Source: Prochlorococcus sp. AG-311-J23 (lineage in GTDB: Bacteria; Cyanobacteriota; Cyanobacteriia; PCC-6307; Cyanobiaceae). Taken from it: a DNA stretch of 64,000 bases. Below the pieces are notes generated by a model. The model made no database searches, had not been told where the DNA came from, and saw nothing but the letters and a program-made list of their open reading frames with translations. Position 1 is the stretch's first letter. Every line of letters starts with the position of its first letter. The translations under genes were made by a program, and so were the position numbers. Below are positions 1-10,243 of this stretch, one piece after another. Location of the stretch: assembly GCA_003284375.1 (NCBI GenBank), contig QBVL01000002.1, positions 32,821-96,820 on the forward strand, in the 5' to 3' direction.

Positions 1-270
1 CTTCTAGGTGGTTTAAATGACAAAGATATTCATGCAGAACAGTTAGCTGATTTGATGAGAGGATTTCAGAGTCATGTTAATTTGATAGCTTATAATCCAA
101 TTGCTGAAGAGAACTTTAAGCGACCAAGCCAATCCAGAGTTAATGCCTTTAGAGATCTATTAGAAAATAGGGGAGTTGCTGTAAGTGTTCGTGCTAGTAG
201 AGGTAGAGATAAAGATGCGGCATGTGGACAATTAAGAAGGCAAACAATCGATAAAATAAAAATCAATTAA
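1..270 (+). CDS. rlmN: 23S rRNA m2A2503 methyltransferase RlmN (radical SAM), 3' part; starts upstream of the window
   Basis: Frame open from base 1 ([19 protein letters not shown]...); C-terminal motifs VNLIAYNP and [12 protein letters not shown] are typical of RlmN. Confidence 0.92.
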   Translation, partial: LLGGLNDKDIHAEQLADLMRGFQSHVNLIAYNPIAEENFKRPSQSRVNAFRDLLENRGVAVSVRASRGRDKDAACGQLRRQTIDKIKIN

Positions 271-298
271 GCAGGAAATATGTGTCTTATGGGATCTT

Positions 299-2056
299 AT
301 GACATTCATTGATTGGTTTATTTTATTTGTTTATTTGACCTTTTCCTTGGTATTAGGAATTTATATATCGCTAAAAAATCATAATGAAGCAGATTATTTT
401 GTTGCGGGTCGTCGTCTGAATGGCTTGCTTGCAGGTATGTCTATGGCTGCAACAACGTTTTCGATTGACACACCTTTATATGTAGCCGGCATTATTGGGA
501 CTAGAGGCTTAGCGGGAAACTGGGAGTGGTGGAGTTTTGGTCTTGCACATGTTGCTATGACAGTTATATTTGCTCCACTCTGGAGGCGTAGTGGAGTATT
601 GACTGACGCAGCCTTCACTGAATTACGTTACGGGGGGCGATCAGCAGCTTACTTAAGAGGTATAAAAGCTTTTTTACTCTCAGTTCCAATTAACTGTATA
701 GGGATTGGTTACGCTTTCTTAGCAATGCGTAAAGTAGCTGAATCATTAGGAGTAGTAGATGGACATATTGTTTTTGGACCTTTTACTGACACGATACTTT
801 TAATGATTTTAGTTGCTTTGTTTTTGCTTGTTTACACTGTAATAGGCGGGCTTTGGGCAGTAGTGATTAATGATTTTGTACAACTAGTATTAGCTCTTTT
901 AGGCGCATTTGCTGTTTGCTTTGTGGCACTTGATGCTTCAGGTGGCATGACGGATTTGTTGACAAAGTTAGAGTCATTAGATCGACCTGAGCTGCTTTCT
1001 TTATTTCCATGGACATTAAATAAAAATGGTTTCAATTGGTTGGATAGCTCAGGAATAACTATTACTACTTTCTTCGCTTTTATTTCTTTGCAGTGGTGGA
1101 GTTTTAGACGTAGTGACGGTGGTGGGGAATTTATTCAACGTTTATTGGCTACGAAAGATGAAAAACAAGCAACTTTGGCAGGAATAGTTTTCTTAATTAT
1201 TAATTATATTGTTCGCAGTTGGCTTTGGATTTTAGTTGGCTTAGCTGGTTTAGTCCTTCTGCCTCAACAAACTGACTGGGAATTAAGTTATCCAAATCTC
1301 GCGGTGAAATATTTGCCACCTGTTGGACTTGGATTAGTAGTGGCTTCGTTGGTCGCTGCATTTATGAGTACCGTAAGTACTTCAATCAATTGGGGGGCAA
1401 GTTATCTTGCTCATGATCTATATAAAAGATTTGTGAGGCCATCGGCTGGGCCCAGAGAAACGATTTTTATGGGCCAGCTTGCAAGTATTTTCTTGCTTTT
1501 AGTTGGAGTACTCACGGCTTTATTTAGTAATAGTATTGGTTCAATGTTTAGACTTGTTATTGCGATAGGTACAGGCCCAGGTGCTGTTCTTGTCCTTAGG
1601 TGGTTTTGGTGGCGAGTTAATGCTCTAGCGGAACTTTCGGCAATGCTTAGTGGTTTTTTTATAGGCTTAATCACTTCAGTTTCGCCTTATTTCATGATTG
1701 AAGACTTTGGAAAAAGACTCTTATTTACTACTTCATTTTCAGCTGTAATTTGGTTGTTAACTTTGTTTTTTACTAAGCCAGAGTCAGAAGAGACACTCAA
1801 TGAATTTGTTAAACAAGTAAACCCCCCAGGCCCTGGTTGGAAAAAAATAAGGAAAACTTTAAATATTGATCCAGTTGACTCTTTATCTACACTTGGATCT
1901 CGCTTCTTATTGGGCTCAGGAATTCTCTATGGTGGCTTAGTAACTATTGGAGCTTTCTTGTTACATCAAGAAATGAGCGCTTGGATTGCACTCTCCATTT
2001 CTGTGATTTGTGTGTTTTTAATAAAGAAAACAAGACTAAATAACTCAATAATTTGA
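299..2056 (+). CDS. Sodium:solute symporter (SSS family)
   Basis: 585 aa multi-pass membrane protein with DYFVAGR, SMAATTFS and AAFMSTVSTSINWGASY SSS motifs. Confidence 0.9.
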   Translation: MTFIDWFILFVYLTFSLVLGIYISLKNHNEADYFVAGRRLNGLLAGMSMAATTFSIDTPLYVAGIIGTRGLAGNWEWWSFGLAHVAMTVIFAPLWRRSGVLTDAAFTELRYGGRSAAYLRGIKAFLLSVPINCIGIGYAFLAMRKVAESLGVVDGHIVFGPFTDTILLMILVALFLLVYTVIGGLWAVVINDFVQLVLALLGAFAVCFVALDASGGMTDLLTKLESLDRPELLSLFPWTLNKNGFNWLDSSGITITTFFAFISLQWWSFRRSDGGGEFIQRLLATKDEKQATLAGIVFLIINYIVRSWLWILVGLAGLVLLPQQTDWELSYPNLAVKYLPPVGLGLVVASLVAAFMSTVSTSINWGASYLAHDLYKRFVRPSAGPRETIFMGQLASIFLLLVGVLTALFSNSIGSMFRLVIAIGTGPGAVLVLRWFWWRVNALAELSAMLSGFFIGLITSVSPYFMIEDFGKRLLFTTSFSAVIWLLTLFFTKPESEETLNEFVKQVNPPGPGWKKIRKTLNIDPVDSLSTLGSRFLLGSGILYGGLVTIGAFLLHQEMSAWIALSISVICVFLIKKTRLNNSII

Positions 2057-2116
2057 CCCTTCATAGCCAAATGGTCAAAAATTAGAGGAGAATGAAATTC
2101 TAATTCACTTGCAACC

Positions 2117-2242
2117 TTGGGTTTCTTACGTACAACGCTTTTCCCTATTTTGATTGTTGCTCTTTTTGGTATCGCTTTATTTGCAGTCAGCGCACGGATA
2201 TGGCTGCCTGGGGATATGCTCGCACCAGCACCAATGAATTAA
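2117..2242 (+). CDS. Small single-TM membrane protein (41 aa), not in ORF track
   Basis: TTG start, (M)GFLRTTLFPILIVALFGIALFAVSARIWLPGDMLAPAPMN*; resembles a conserved picocyanobacterial small protein ending RIWLPGDMLAPAP. Confidence 0.7.
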   Translation: MGFLRTTLFPILIVALFGIALFAVSARIWLPGDMLAPAPMN

Positions 2243-2266
2243 GATTGCTCTTCTTCAGTCAGGGCT

Positions 2267-3076
2267 ATGAATGATGCAAATCAAAATTTAAGCAAAGAAG
2301 GGTTGGCTAATTTGGCCATAGACCCTGATCTCTTGGCTAGAGAATTAGCTGCTCAGTTGGCTGGAGATACTTTAGATGAACTCGAACTAGATAAAACTGA
2401 TGAAGATCTAGTGAATTCATCAAAAAAGTGTGATATTGCATTGAAATGGCTTCAATCTGGAAATGAAGAAAGACTTCAAGGACTGAGAGTCTTTTGTGAA
2501 CATAGAGATCCCAGAGCTCTTCCCTTGTTAGTGCCATTACTTGATGAACCCTCTCCTGTCGTGAGGATGAGCGCTGTTTATGCTTTGGGTAGAAACCCTT
2601 GTCCACAAGCTATTGATCTTTTATTGCATTTGTTGAGGTTCGATAGTAATGCTTATGTGCGAAAAGCTACCGCTTGGAGTCTTGGAAATTACTCAAATGC
2701 CCCCGTTCTTGAGCCTTTGATTAATGCATTAAAACAAGATGTTGCTGCTGTTCGACTTTGGGCATCCAGTTCTTTAGCAGAGGTTGGCCTAAATTCATTA
2801 GAGAGCTCTTTACCCGCAGCAAATCAATTACTTGAAAGTTTGCATATTGATGGTGAACCACTCGTTAGGAGTAACTGTATTTGGTCTCTTGGTCGCCTTT
2901 ACATTCATTTGAGTGAGGAAATCAAAAGTCAAATAGTAGAGGCTTTTATCTCTGTTTTATTGAATGATCGTGAGCCTTCTGTCAGGTATGAAGCAAGGAC
3001 AGCTTTGGAGCAATTGGACAATAAAGAGGTACAAAAAAAATTAAAATCATTAATTGATGATGGTCTATTGGTCTGA
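2267..3076 (+). CDS. HEAT-repeat (PBS lyase-like) protein
   Basis: Repeated VRxSAVYALG / VRKATAWSLG / VRSNCIWSLG helical hairpin motifs. Confidence 0.88.
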   Translation: MNDANQNLSKEGLANLAIDPDLLARELAAQLAGDTLDELELDKTDEDLVNSSKKCDIALKWLQSGNEERLQGLRVFCEHRDPRALPLLVPLLDEPSPVVRMSAVYALGRNPCPQAIDLLLHLLRFDSNAYVRKATAWSLGNYSNAPVLEPLINALKQDVAAVRLWASSSLAEVGLNSLESSLPAANQLLESLHIDGEPLVRSNCIWSLGRLYIHLSEEIKSQIVEAFISVLLNDREPSVRYEARTALEQLDNKEVQKKLKSLIDDGLLV

Positions 3077-3163
3077 TTATTTGTTTAGAAACACATCTTT
3101 ATAATAAGTAACTCGCTTTTTAAGTATTTTGTCGATATCATCAATGTCTTAAACCACTTTAAT

Positions 3164-3367
3164 ATGTCTCTACGCACTTTGCGGTTTAAGATACGACAAG
3201 ATGGACGGGTTGAAGAGACCGTCGAAGGGATCGTTGGCGAAGGATGTATTGATTTAACAGAAAAGCTTGAAGCTGCACTTGGCAGTGTTGAGCAGAGAAA
3301 ACCCACCTCTGAAGCTTTTCTTCAAAAACGGGTTCAAAAACAGACAATTCCAGCCGAAATCCACTGA
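3164..3367 (+). CDS. DUF2997 family protein
   Basis: FKIRQDGRVEETVEGIVGEGCIDLTEKLEAALG motif; overlaps the ycf35 start (TGATG). Confidence 0.85.
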   Translation: MSLRTLRFKIRQDGRVEETVEGIVGEGCIDLTEKLEAALGSVEQRKPTSEAFLQKRVQKQTIPAEIH

Positions 3368-3759
3368 TGTCACATTTCAGCACAGTAAAAACACAACTTC
3401 GCAAGAAAGAGTTTTTAAAACAGGCTCTAATTGATTTGGGCTACTTACCTCAAGAAGGTGAAAACCTCGTAAGAGGTTATAGAGGTCAGACTGTCAAAGC
3501 TGAAATGACTATAGAAATGAATAAAGGGGGAGATATTGGTTTTCGCTGGAATGAAGGTTCAAAATCATATGAACTCGTAACGGACTTGGATCTCTGGAAG
3601 CAATCAATACCAGTTGAAAGATTTTTAGCTCAAGTGACTCAAAGGTATGCTCTAAATACTGTTCTACAGTCAACAGCTCAAGAGGGATTTCAAATTTCCG
3701 AGCAAAAACAAAATATAGATGGATCTATTGAACTAGTTGTTACCCGTTGGGATTCCTAG
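3367..3759 (+). CDS. ycf35: Ycf35 / DUF1257 family protein
   Basis: MSHFSTVKTQL N-terminus, DIGFRWN, YELVTDLDLW motifs. Confidence 0.9.
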   Translation: MSHFSTVKTQLRKKEFLKQALIDLGYLPQEGENLVRGYRGQTVKAEMTIEMNKGGDIGFRWNEGSKSYELVTDLDLWKQSIPVERFLAQVTQRYALNTVLQSTAQEGFQISEQKQNIDGSIELVVTRWDS

Positions 3760-3774
3760 GATAATTTTTGAACA

Positions 3775-4194
3775 TTGACTTTTGATCCTAGCGAAACTTT
3801 TGAAACTAGGTTTAATGAACACCAGAAATTATCTGATATTCATGATGTAAATCCTGCTTTCGAAGCAACTAATAATAAACATTTCGAGCTCAGTGGTAGA
3901 GATCCAGTCCTTGGAGGGAAATTAAGGGAAAGAGCAGTTTGGGTTGACGAGAGAAAGTGTATTGGCTGTACATACTGCAGTTCAGTTGCTACGAACACTT
4001 TTGCAATGGAGCAAGAACAGGGAAGAGCAAGAGCTTTTAGACAAGATGGAGATAGTGATGAATTAATACAAGAAGCTATAGATACCTGCCCTGTTGATTG
4101 CATAGATTGGGTTTCTTTTGAAGACTTAATTAAACTGGAAGAAGTTATACAAAATCATCATTTTAGGAATTTAGGTTTACCACCGGTTACTTGA
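3775..4194 (+). CDS. Single-cluster ferredoxin (Fer4_13-type)
   Basis: CIGCTYC ... AIDTCPVDCI cysteine motif. Confidence 0.88.
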   Translation: MTFDPSETFETRFNEHQKLSDIHDVNPAFEATNNKHFELSGRDPVLGGKLRERAVWVDERKCIGCTYCSSVATNTFAMEQEQGRARAFRQDGDSDELIQEAIDTCPVDCIDWVSFEDLIKLEEVIQNHHFRNLGLPPVT

Positions 4195-4209
4195 TTTTGA
4201 AATATAGAA

Positions 4210-5436
4210 GTGGCAAGGATTAAAAATACTACAAACAATTCAATCCCTAGAAGAAGATTTGGGCGTACAGAGATTCAGATGCCAGTCTTATCTCTGGGAG
4301 GAATGCGCTTTCAACAAAGCTGGAAGGATTTAGATCCTAAAGAAATTAATAATCAAGAACAAGAAATCTTGCAAAAAACTATTAAACATGCGTCTCAAAA
4401 AGGTATGCATCATATAGAAACTGCTCGTCATTATGGAACATCAGAACGTCAGATAGGCTGGGCCTTCGATCAAATCGATGACCCAAAAAGAATACTGCAA
4501 ACGAAAGTCCCCCCCAATAATGATCCTTCTATGTTCGAGCAAGAACTCGAGTTAAGTATGAGTAGATTAGGTTCCAAAAAAATTGATTTATTAGCTATTC
4601 ATGGTATCAATCTTCCTGAGCACTTAGATATGACTATTCGTCCTGGTGGATGTCTAGAGATTGTTCGTCGTTGGCAAAAACATGGTCTTATTGATCATAT
4701 TGGCTTCTCAACGCATGCAAACGTTGACCTGATAATTAAATCAATTGAAACAGGGCTTTTTGATTATGTTAATTTGCATTGGTATTATATTCGTCAGGAA
4801 AACGAAAGAGCATTGCAATCAGCGAATGCTAATGATATGGGGGTTTTTATTATAAGTCCCACTGATAAGGGAGGTCATTTACATACACCGTCATTGAAAC
4901 TTCTAGATTTATGTAGTCCTTTGCATCCAATAGAATTTAATGATCTGTTTTGTTTGAGGGATAAAAGAATTCATACATTAAGTGTTGGAGCGTCCAATCC
5001 CGAAGATCTGGATATTCATTTAAGTGCGATTTCTAAAATGGATAGCATGTACGGGTTGATTGACATTATAGATAGACGCTTAATGGATGCCTCCTATAAG
5101 TCGCTTGGAGATTCATGGTTGACTACTTGGAGGATAGGTTTACCTAGTTGGGACAAAACTCCAGGAGAGATTAATATTCCTATTTTGCTATGGCTAAATA
5201 ATTTATTAGAGGCTTGGGATTTGGAAAGCTTTGCTAAAGATCGTTATGGTCTTTTAGGCAGAGGAGGACATTGGTTCCCAGGCGCAAATGCAGATTGTTT
5301 GGATTGTGAAGTCAGCGAGGATGACTTGAAAAAAGTTTTGATTAATAGCCCGTGGAGCTCTGAAATCCCCTTTGTACTAAGAAAATTGAAAGACAGATTG
5401 GGTGGAGAAAGAAGAGATAGATTATGGGGAATTTAG
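4210..5436 (+). CDS. Aldo/keto reductase family protein
   Basis: RRRFGRTEIQMPVLSLGGMRF, HIETARHYGTSE, IGFSTH motifs. Confidence 0.88.
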   Translation: MARIKNTTNNSIPRRRFGRTEIQMPVLSLGGMRFQQSWKDLDPKEINNQEQEILQKTIKHASQKGMHHIETARHYGTSERQIGWAFDQIDDPKRILQTKVPPNNDPSMFEQELELSMSRLGSKKIDLLAIHGINLPEHLDMTIRPGGCLEIVRRWQKHGLIDHIGFSTHANVDLIIKSIETGLFDYVNLHWYYIRQENERALQSANANDMGVFIISPTDKGGHLHTPSLKLLDLCSPLHPIEFNDLFCLRDKRIHTLSVGASNPEDLDIHLSAISKMDSMYGLIDIIDRRLMDASYKSLGDSWLTTWRIGLPSWDKTPGEINIPILLWLNNLLEAWDLESFAKDRYGLLGRGGHWFPGANADCLDCEVSEDDLKKVLINSPWSSEIPFVLRKLKDRLGGERRDRLWGI

Positions 5437-6179
5437 TAACCTAAAGGTTGTTTTTTGGGTTTACCAATTGATCTTGGATATAGATTGGGACATTTATTAA
5501 TGGAACTAACCCTAATAATATTCCTAATACCTCGATTATTAGGGAGTACAAATTTATGTGTTTGTTGGATCTCTGCGTTTAGTTCAGTTAAAGCTTTTTT
5601 TAGCGTTTGTTGCTCTGCTTCACTCCAGCTTCCTTTAAATATGAGCGCTTGACCTGTCGAATTTAAAAAAGGTACCAGATATTCTGCTACTACATTTGTA
5701 GAGGCAACTGCTCTTGCAATCGCATAGTCAAAATTATTTCGAAGGATTGGATCTCTTCCTGCTATCTCAGCTCGTTCAGTTACGACTGTTATACGAGAAT
5801 TTAATCCAATTTCGTTAGAAACCTCTTTGAGAAAAGTCGTTTTTTTACTTGAAGAATCTAAAAGAGTAATATTTGAATTTGGCATTGCTATAGCTATGGC
5901 TACGCCAGGGAATCCGCAGCCAGAACCAATGTCGATATATTTATGAGAAAGTTGTGGGTATTGAAGTTCTTTATGAAGAGGCAACAAGCTGTCACATACT
6001 TGTGCCGTCCAAAAATCATCTCCATCAACTAAACGAGTAAGATTACACTTCTTATTCCATTCTTTAAGTAACTCTTGCAAATGGATGAATTGAGCTAATT
6101 GTTTTTCACTGGGGACCCATTTAAGCTCATTCCATACCTTGAAATGGTTTGCTTTCTTTTTGTTTTTATCAGTAGACAT
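5433..6179 (-). CDS. rsmG: 16S rRNA m7G527 methyltransferase RsmG (GidB)
   Basis: WNKKCNLTR, DIGSGCGFPG SAM motif, YPRSIGKPKKQPL C-terminus. Confidence 0.95.
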   Translation of the reverse strand: MSTDKNKKKANHFKVWNELKWVPSEKQLAQFIHLQELLKEWNKKCNLTRLVDGDDFWTAQVCDSLLPLHKELQYPQLSHKYIDIGSGCGFPGVAIAIAMPNSNITLLDSSSKKTTFLKEVSNEIGLNSRITVVTERAEIAGRDPILRNNFDYAIARAVASTNVVAEYLVPFLNSTGQALIFKGSWSEAEQQTLKKALTELNAEIQQTHKFVLPNNRGIRNIIRVSSINKCPNLYPRSIGKPKKQPLGY

Positions 6180-6257
6180 TTTGAATTGTTTTAAGAAATA
6201 GTCAGACCAGAGATATTTAGATAAAATCTATACATTATTAGATCATATTTTCTTTAG

Positions 6258-6698
6258 TTGACCCCTTCTTCCAATTGTTACGAATTGCTTGGTGTTTCCC
6301 CATCTGCTAATAACGCAGAACTCAGAAAAGCTTTCCGTCAATTAAGTAAGCGACTTCATCCGGATACGACATCTTTGCCAAGGGATGAGGCGACAAGGCA
6401 ATTTCAACATGTTTGTGAGGCATATGATTTATTGAGTGATCCTGTCCTAAGGGCAAACTATGACTTATTTGTAGAAAAAGAGAATAATCATATAAGTCAG
6501 GAGAAGGAACCTTCTTTAACAAATATAAAACCTGTACAATTTTCTAAGTCGATTGGAGTAAGGCGACCATTCTCAGGAGGCGAACTGTTTTCACTTCTTC
6601 TTTTAATTATCTCTATTTTCTTGAGCCTGGCTTTAGGACTGTTTATTGCTTTTTTAAGAGGCGGAAACCTTAATTTTACTCCAAGTTGGTTGATGTAA
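6258..6698 (+). CDS. J-domain protein with C-terminal membrane anchor
   Basis: YELLGVSPSA...LHPD J-domain motif; hydrophobic C-terminal helix. Confidence 0.9.
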   Translation: MTPSSNCYELLGVSPSANNAELRKAFRQLSKRLHPDTTSLPRDEATRQFQHVCEAYDLLSDPVLRANYDLFVEKENNHISQEKEPSLTNIKPVQFSKSIGVRRPFSGGELFSLLLLIISIFLSLALGLFIAFLRGGNLNFTPSWLM

Positions 6699-6755
6699 TT
6701 TTAATTTCAGAAATAATTATGTAGCTATGTGCTGAGAATCTTGGTAAGGAAATTT

Positions 6756-8057
6756 TTATGATAGAGAATTTAAACCCTCTTGAATCCCATAATAGCATTT
6801 TTCTAGTTCTTCATCTGTAATACACAGTGGTGGCATTAGATACACGACATCTCCTAATGGCCTAATGAAAACACCAACCCTCAATGCACTTGCTTTCATG
6901 ATTTTCCCAACGGAACTTAAATATCCTTTTTTACCTTTCACTTTAATATTAAAAGCAGCAATGGTTCCTGTAATTCTAGGACATTCAATTCTTGGATCTT
7001 CAGCTATTTTTTGCAGATGAGGTAGGTGACGTGACTCAAAATCCAAATATTTTTGAGGGCGGTTTTCTAAAAGATCTAAGCTGGCATTGGCAGCTGCGCA
7101 GCCTAAGGGGTTAGCTGTAAAACTATGACCGTGCCAGAAAGTTTGCTTGGGATCTTCCCCAAGGAAACCCATGGAAATCCTTTTGCTGGACATAGTAACT
7201 CCCATAGGAAGGAATCCACCGGTTAAACCTTTTGAGAGTGATATGAGGTCTGGCTTTAATCCTGCTCTTTTAAAAGCGAATAGTTCTCCACACCTACCAA
7301 AGCCAGTTAAGACTTCATCTGCAATCAGTAAAGAATCAGCTTGGCGAATTCGTTCTTCGACTTCCACTAAAAATTCAGAACGAACCATTCGCATCCCTCC
7401 CGCTCCTTGCACTAATGGCTCAAGAATTACAGCAATAGTTGGTGTCTTTAGGAGGTGATCAAGAGTTTCTAAAACCTCCTTTTCTCGTCTTTCAAAATCT
7501 TCGTCGCCCCACCATGTCTCAGGCCAAGGGACTCTGCTAACAGGAAATAACATTTGATCAAAAGGCTCGCTAAATATATTTCGTTCGCCTACTGCCATAG
7601 CTCCGAATGTATCTCCATGGTAGGCACCTTCGAATGCAATGATTTGAGATCGATTGTCCCCTTTATTTATCCACCATTGACGAGCCATTTTTAAAGCTAC
7701 TTCTACTGCTGTAGAGCCATTATCTGAAAAGAATAACTTTTCTAGACCTGTTAATTTACTTAGTCGATTAGCTAGTAGCTCAGCTTGAGGATGAGTGAAA
7801 TCTGCAAAGATAATTTGCTCTAATTGCTCTGCTTGAGTTGCGATAGCCTTAGCAATATATTCATTTGCATGACCATGAAGAGTGACCCACCAGCTACTTA
7901 TACCATCGATTATTGGAGCTCTTTCTTTAGGAAGTAAAAGGGCACCTTTGGCTTTTTCAACCAATAATTGAGGTTTAGAAGATGTAAGTTGCGTGAATGG
8001 TGGCCATATATGAGGATTCTGAATAGTTTGATTTGAATTTTCTTTCTCATTCATCAA
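6756..8057 (-). CDS. bioA: Adenosylmethionine-8-amino-7-oxononanoate aminotransferase
   Basis: HIWPPFTQ, DGISSWWVTLHGH, YHGDTFGAM, SKGLTGG PLP lysine motif. Confidence 0.96.
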   Translation of the reverse strand: MMNEKENSNQTIQNPHIWPPFTQLTSSKPQLLVEKAKGALLLPKERAPIIDGISSWWVTLHGHANEYIAKAIATQAEQLEQIIFADFTHPQAELLANRLSKLTGLEKLFFSDNGSTAVEVALKMARQWWINKGDNRSQIIAFEGAYHGDTFGAMAVGERNIFSEPFDQMLFPVSRVPWPETWWGDEDFERREKEVLETLDHLLKTPTIAVILEPLVQGAGGMRMVRSEFLVEVEERIRQADSLLIADEVLTGFGRCGELFAFKRAGLKPDLISLSKGLTGGFLPMGVTMSSKRISMGFLGEDPKQTFWHGHSFTANPLGCAAANASLDLLENRPQKYLDFESRHLPHLQKIAEDPRIECPRITGTIAAFNIKVKGKKGYLSSVGKIMKASALRVGVFIRPLGDVVYLMPPLCITDEELEKCYYGIQEGLNSLS

Positions 8058-8131
8058 ATTTAGTTTTCCCTCTTGTTTTATTTAACTTGATTGAAGTCAA
8101 AATAATCTTTTGATTAAGAAAAAAAAAATTT

Positions 8132-8782
8132 TTAATGTCGAATGTATTCTTTAAGTTTTTGATCTAATTGCTGTTTATTCCATTCTTGTGAAAGTACTTT
8201 TGCACTGACCTCTTCAAAGATAGGAAGACATGCAAGAATTTTAGTATCTCCAAATTGCTCTAGTGTCTTCGGATTGTCTTTGTGTGGAGGTCCGTTTAAT
8301 ACTATTCCTAATACATCTAAATTTCTATGTCTTAAGGCTTCTAGACTTAACAAGGTGTGATTGAGAGTGCCCAGACCAGTTCTGGCTACAAGAATTATTG
8401 GAGCTCCCCAAACCTTTAATTGGTCTATTTGTAGCCAATCTCGATTTAAAGGGACCATTAAACCACCTGCAGTCTCTATGATTATTAATTCATCTAAGTC
8501 AGGTAATTTTAAATTGCTTGGTTCAATAAAACCAGACTCTTGTTCGGCAGCCCAGTGTGGAGAGACAGGAGCCTTGAATTTATATCGTTCAGAAATATAG
8601 CGGTTAGGTTCAAGATTTAAGAGATTGCAAACAGTTTTGGTATCTGTACCTTCCTCTGTTCCACTTTGAATGGGTTTCCAATAGATACCTTTTAGACCTT
8701 GGACGAAAAAACTACTAACTATCGTTTTACCTACATCTGTATCTGTACCACAAATAATAATTCTTTTTGAAAAAGCACTCAT
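8132..8782 (-). CDS. bioD: Dethiobiotin synthase
   Basis: GTDTDVGKT P-loop, YWKPIQSG, ETAGG, GLGTLNHT; start at 8782 gives an ATGA overlap with the bioC stop. Confidence 0.95.
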   Translation of the reverse strand: MSAFSKRIIICGTDTDVGKTIVSSFFVQGLKGIYWKPIQSGTEEGTDTKTVCNLLNLEPNRYISERYKFKAPVSPHWAAEQESGFIEPSNLKLPDLDELIIIETAGGLMVPLNRDWLQIDQLKVWGAPIILVARTGLGTLNHTLLSLEALRHRNLDVLGIVLNGPPHKDNPKTLEQFGDTKILACLPIFEEVSAKVLSQEWNKQQLDQKLKEYIRH

Positions 8783-9540
8783 CGCTTTATTAATAAAAAC
8801 TGAATTGACCAACTAAGGCTTACTTGTTGATCCTTATTGGAAATTGGCCAAAAAGACAGTAGATGTCGCCAATCTGAAACACTTAATTGTTCCTTCTGAC
8901 TACTTTGTGCCCCGACCTTGATCATCGGTTTTAATAAAGAAGTCGCCTTCTTAGTTGTTTGTGTAACAACTTCAATTTTATCATATAAAATACTTTGTTT
9001 CGGAACGACTCTAATCAGTGAGTCGTATGATGGTAAATCAAGAGCCGTACATGTTAAATTTGCCTTTTCTGCCGCTTTATACCATTCTGGAAAGCTTCCT
9101 TGGATTGGGATTGCTAAGGCAATCCATCCATCTAAGCTTAGAGAATTAAACCATTCCTTAAGTTTCTTTTGTGGATTGTCAAGCCAATGTAAAACAAAAC
9201 TTGAAGCTAATAAATTTGGTTTCTTAGACCACTTAGGTAACCCATTATTTAAATCCCAAAGTTGTTTAACACTCTTTTCTGAATGTTGATCAATCATCTT
9301 TTTAGAATTATCTAATCTCACTACAGATTGATTTGGATAGATATCTTCTAATGATTTAGCGAGTAGTCCAGTGCCAGAACCAAGGTCAACCCATAGTCCA
9401 TGTTTAATTGAATGATAAGAACATATTTTTGCGAGTTTTAAAGCAGTATTTTTTTGAATTGATGCTGATTCATCATAACTTAATGCAGCTTCGTTAAAGT
9501 TCTTATTGACTTGGCTAGACCATGTTTTTTGCATGATCAA
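8779..9540 (-). CDS. bioC: Malonyl-ACP O-methyltransferase BioC-like
   Basis: FNEAALSYDESASIQ, VDLGSGTG SAM motif, position inside the bio operon. Confidence 0.85.
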   Translation of the reverse strand: MIMQKTWSSQVNKNFNEAALSYDESASIQKNTALKLAKICSYHSIKHGLWVDLGSGTGLLAKSLEDIYPNQSVVRLDNSKKMIDQHSEKSVKQLWDLNNGLPKWSKKPNLLASSFVLHWLDNPQKKLKEWFNSLSLDGWIALAIPIQGSFPEWYKAAEKANLTCTALDLPSYDSLIRVVPKQSILYDKIEVVTQTTKKATSLLKPMIKVGAQSSQKEQLSVSDWRHLLSFWPISNKDQQVSLSWSIQFLLIKR

Positions 9541-10243
9541 ATTCTAGCCATTGTTTTATTTTTTTGATATTTTCAATTTTTGTAATCGAATGCCCTTCGT
9601 CTTGAAGGTTGATTATTTTTGGTCGGAACTCTAAGTGGTTTCTTAAATCTTCAGCTAGCGTTGCTTTCGTTTGATTAGCCAATATATAGTCTTCTTCACT
9701 GTTAACAATAAGTACGTTGGAGTGAGTATTTAATCCGATTGGTAGAGAATTAGAATTAATCAGACGAATTAAATCATTTTTTAATCTCACCCTTCCTAGA
9801 TCTGAGATGTTGATGAGATTGGCTTCGATTGACTCAGCATCTATATAATTCGGCTTATAAGCTTTTGTATGAAATTTCCTTAACATAGACGCTTCACTGG
9901 GTGTATTAATTGCATCCATCATCTTGTTGAGAGCCATTTGTACAGGGCGACTCTCTTTACCACTTGGAATAAAACGACTAAAACTATTGATTAATATAAC
10001 GTGTGTAGCTGAGTGTAAAACTTGTTTGTCTATCAAATGTGAACCAAGAGAGTGACATATGACAACCCTTTTTGCTTTGACTTGATTTGAGTTGTGAATC
10101 CATTTTGGGGTGTATGGATTTATGCCTTTGTATCCGCGTTCAGAAGTTTGCCATTCCCATTCAAAACACTTAAATATCTTTTCCCAATTTGACCATTGAT
10201 TGCTATCACCAGCCCACCCATGCATAGCGATTATTTCTTTCAT
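9515..10243 (-). CDS. bioK: Pimeloyl-ACP methyl ester esterase (alpha/beta hydrolase, BioK type)
   Basis: MHGWAG oxyanion motif, CHSLG nucleophile, EGH His; sits between bioF and bioC as in Prochlorococcus/Synechococcus. Confidence 0.8.
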   Translation of the reverse strand: MKEIIAMHGWAGDSNQWSNWEKIFKCFEWEWQTSERGYKGINPYTPKWIHNSNQVKAKRVVICHSLGSHLIDKQVLHSATHVILINSFSRFIPSGKESRPVQMALNKMMDAINTPSEASMLRKFHTKAYKPNYIDAESIEANLINISDLGRVRLKNDLIRLINSNSLPIGLNTHSNVLIVNSEEDYILANQTKATLAEDLRNHLEFRPKIINLQDEGHSITKIENIKKIKQWLEFDHAKNMV

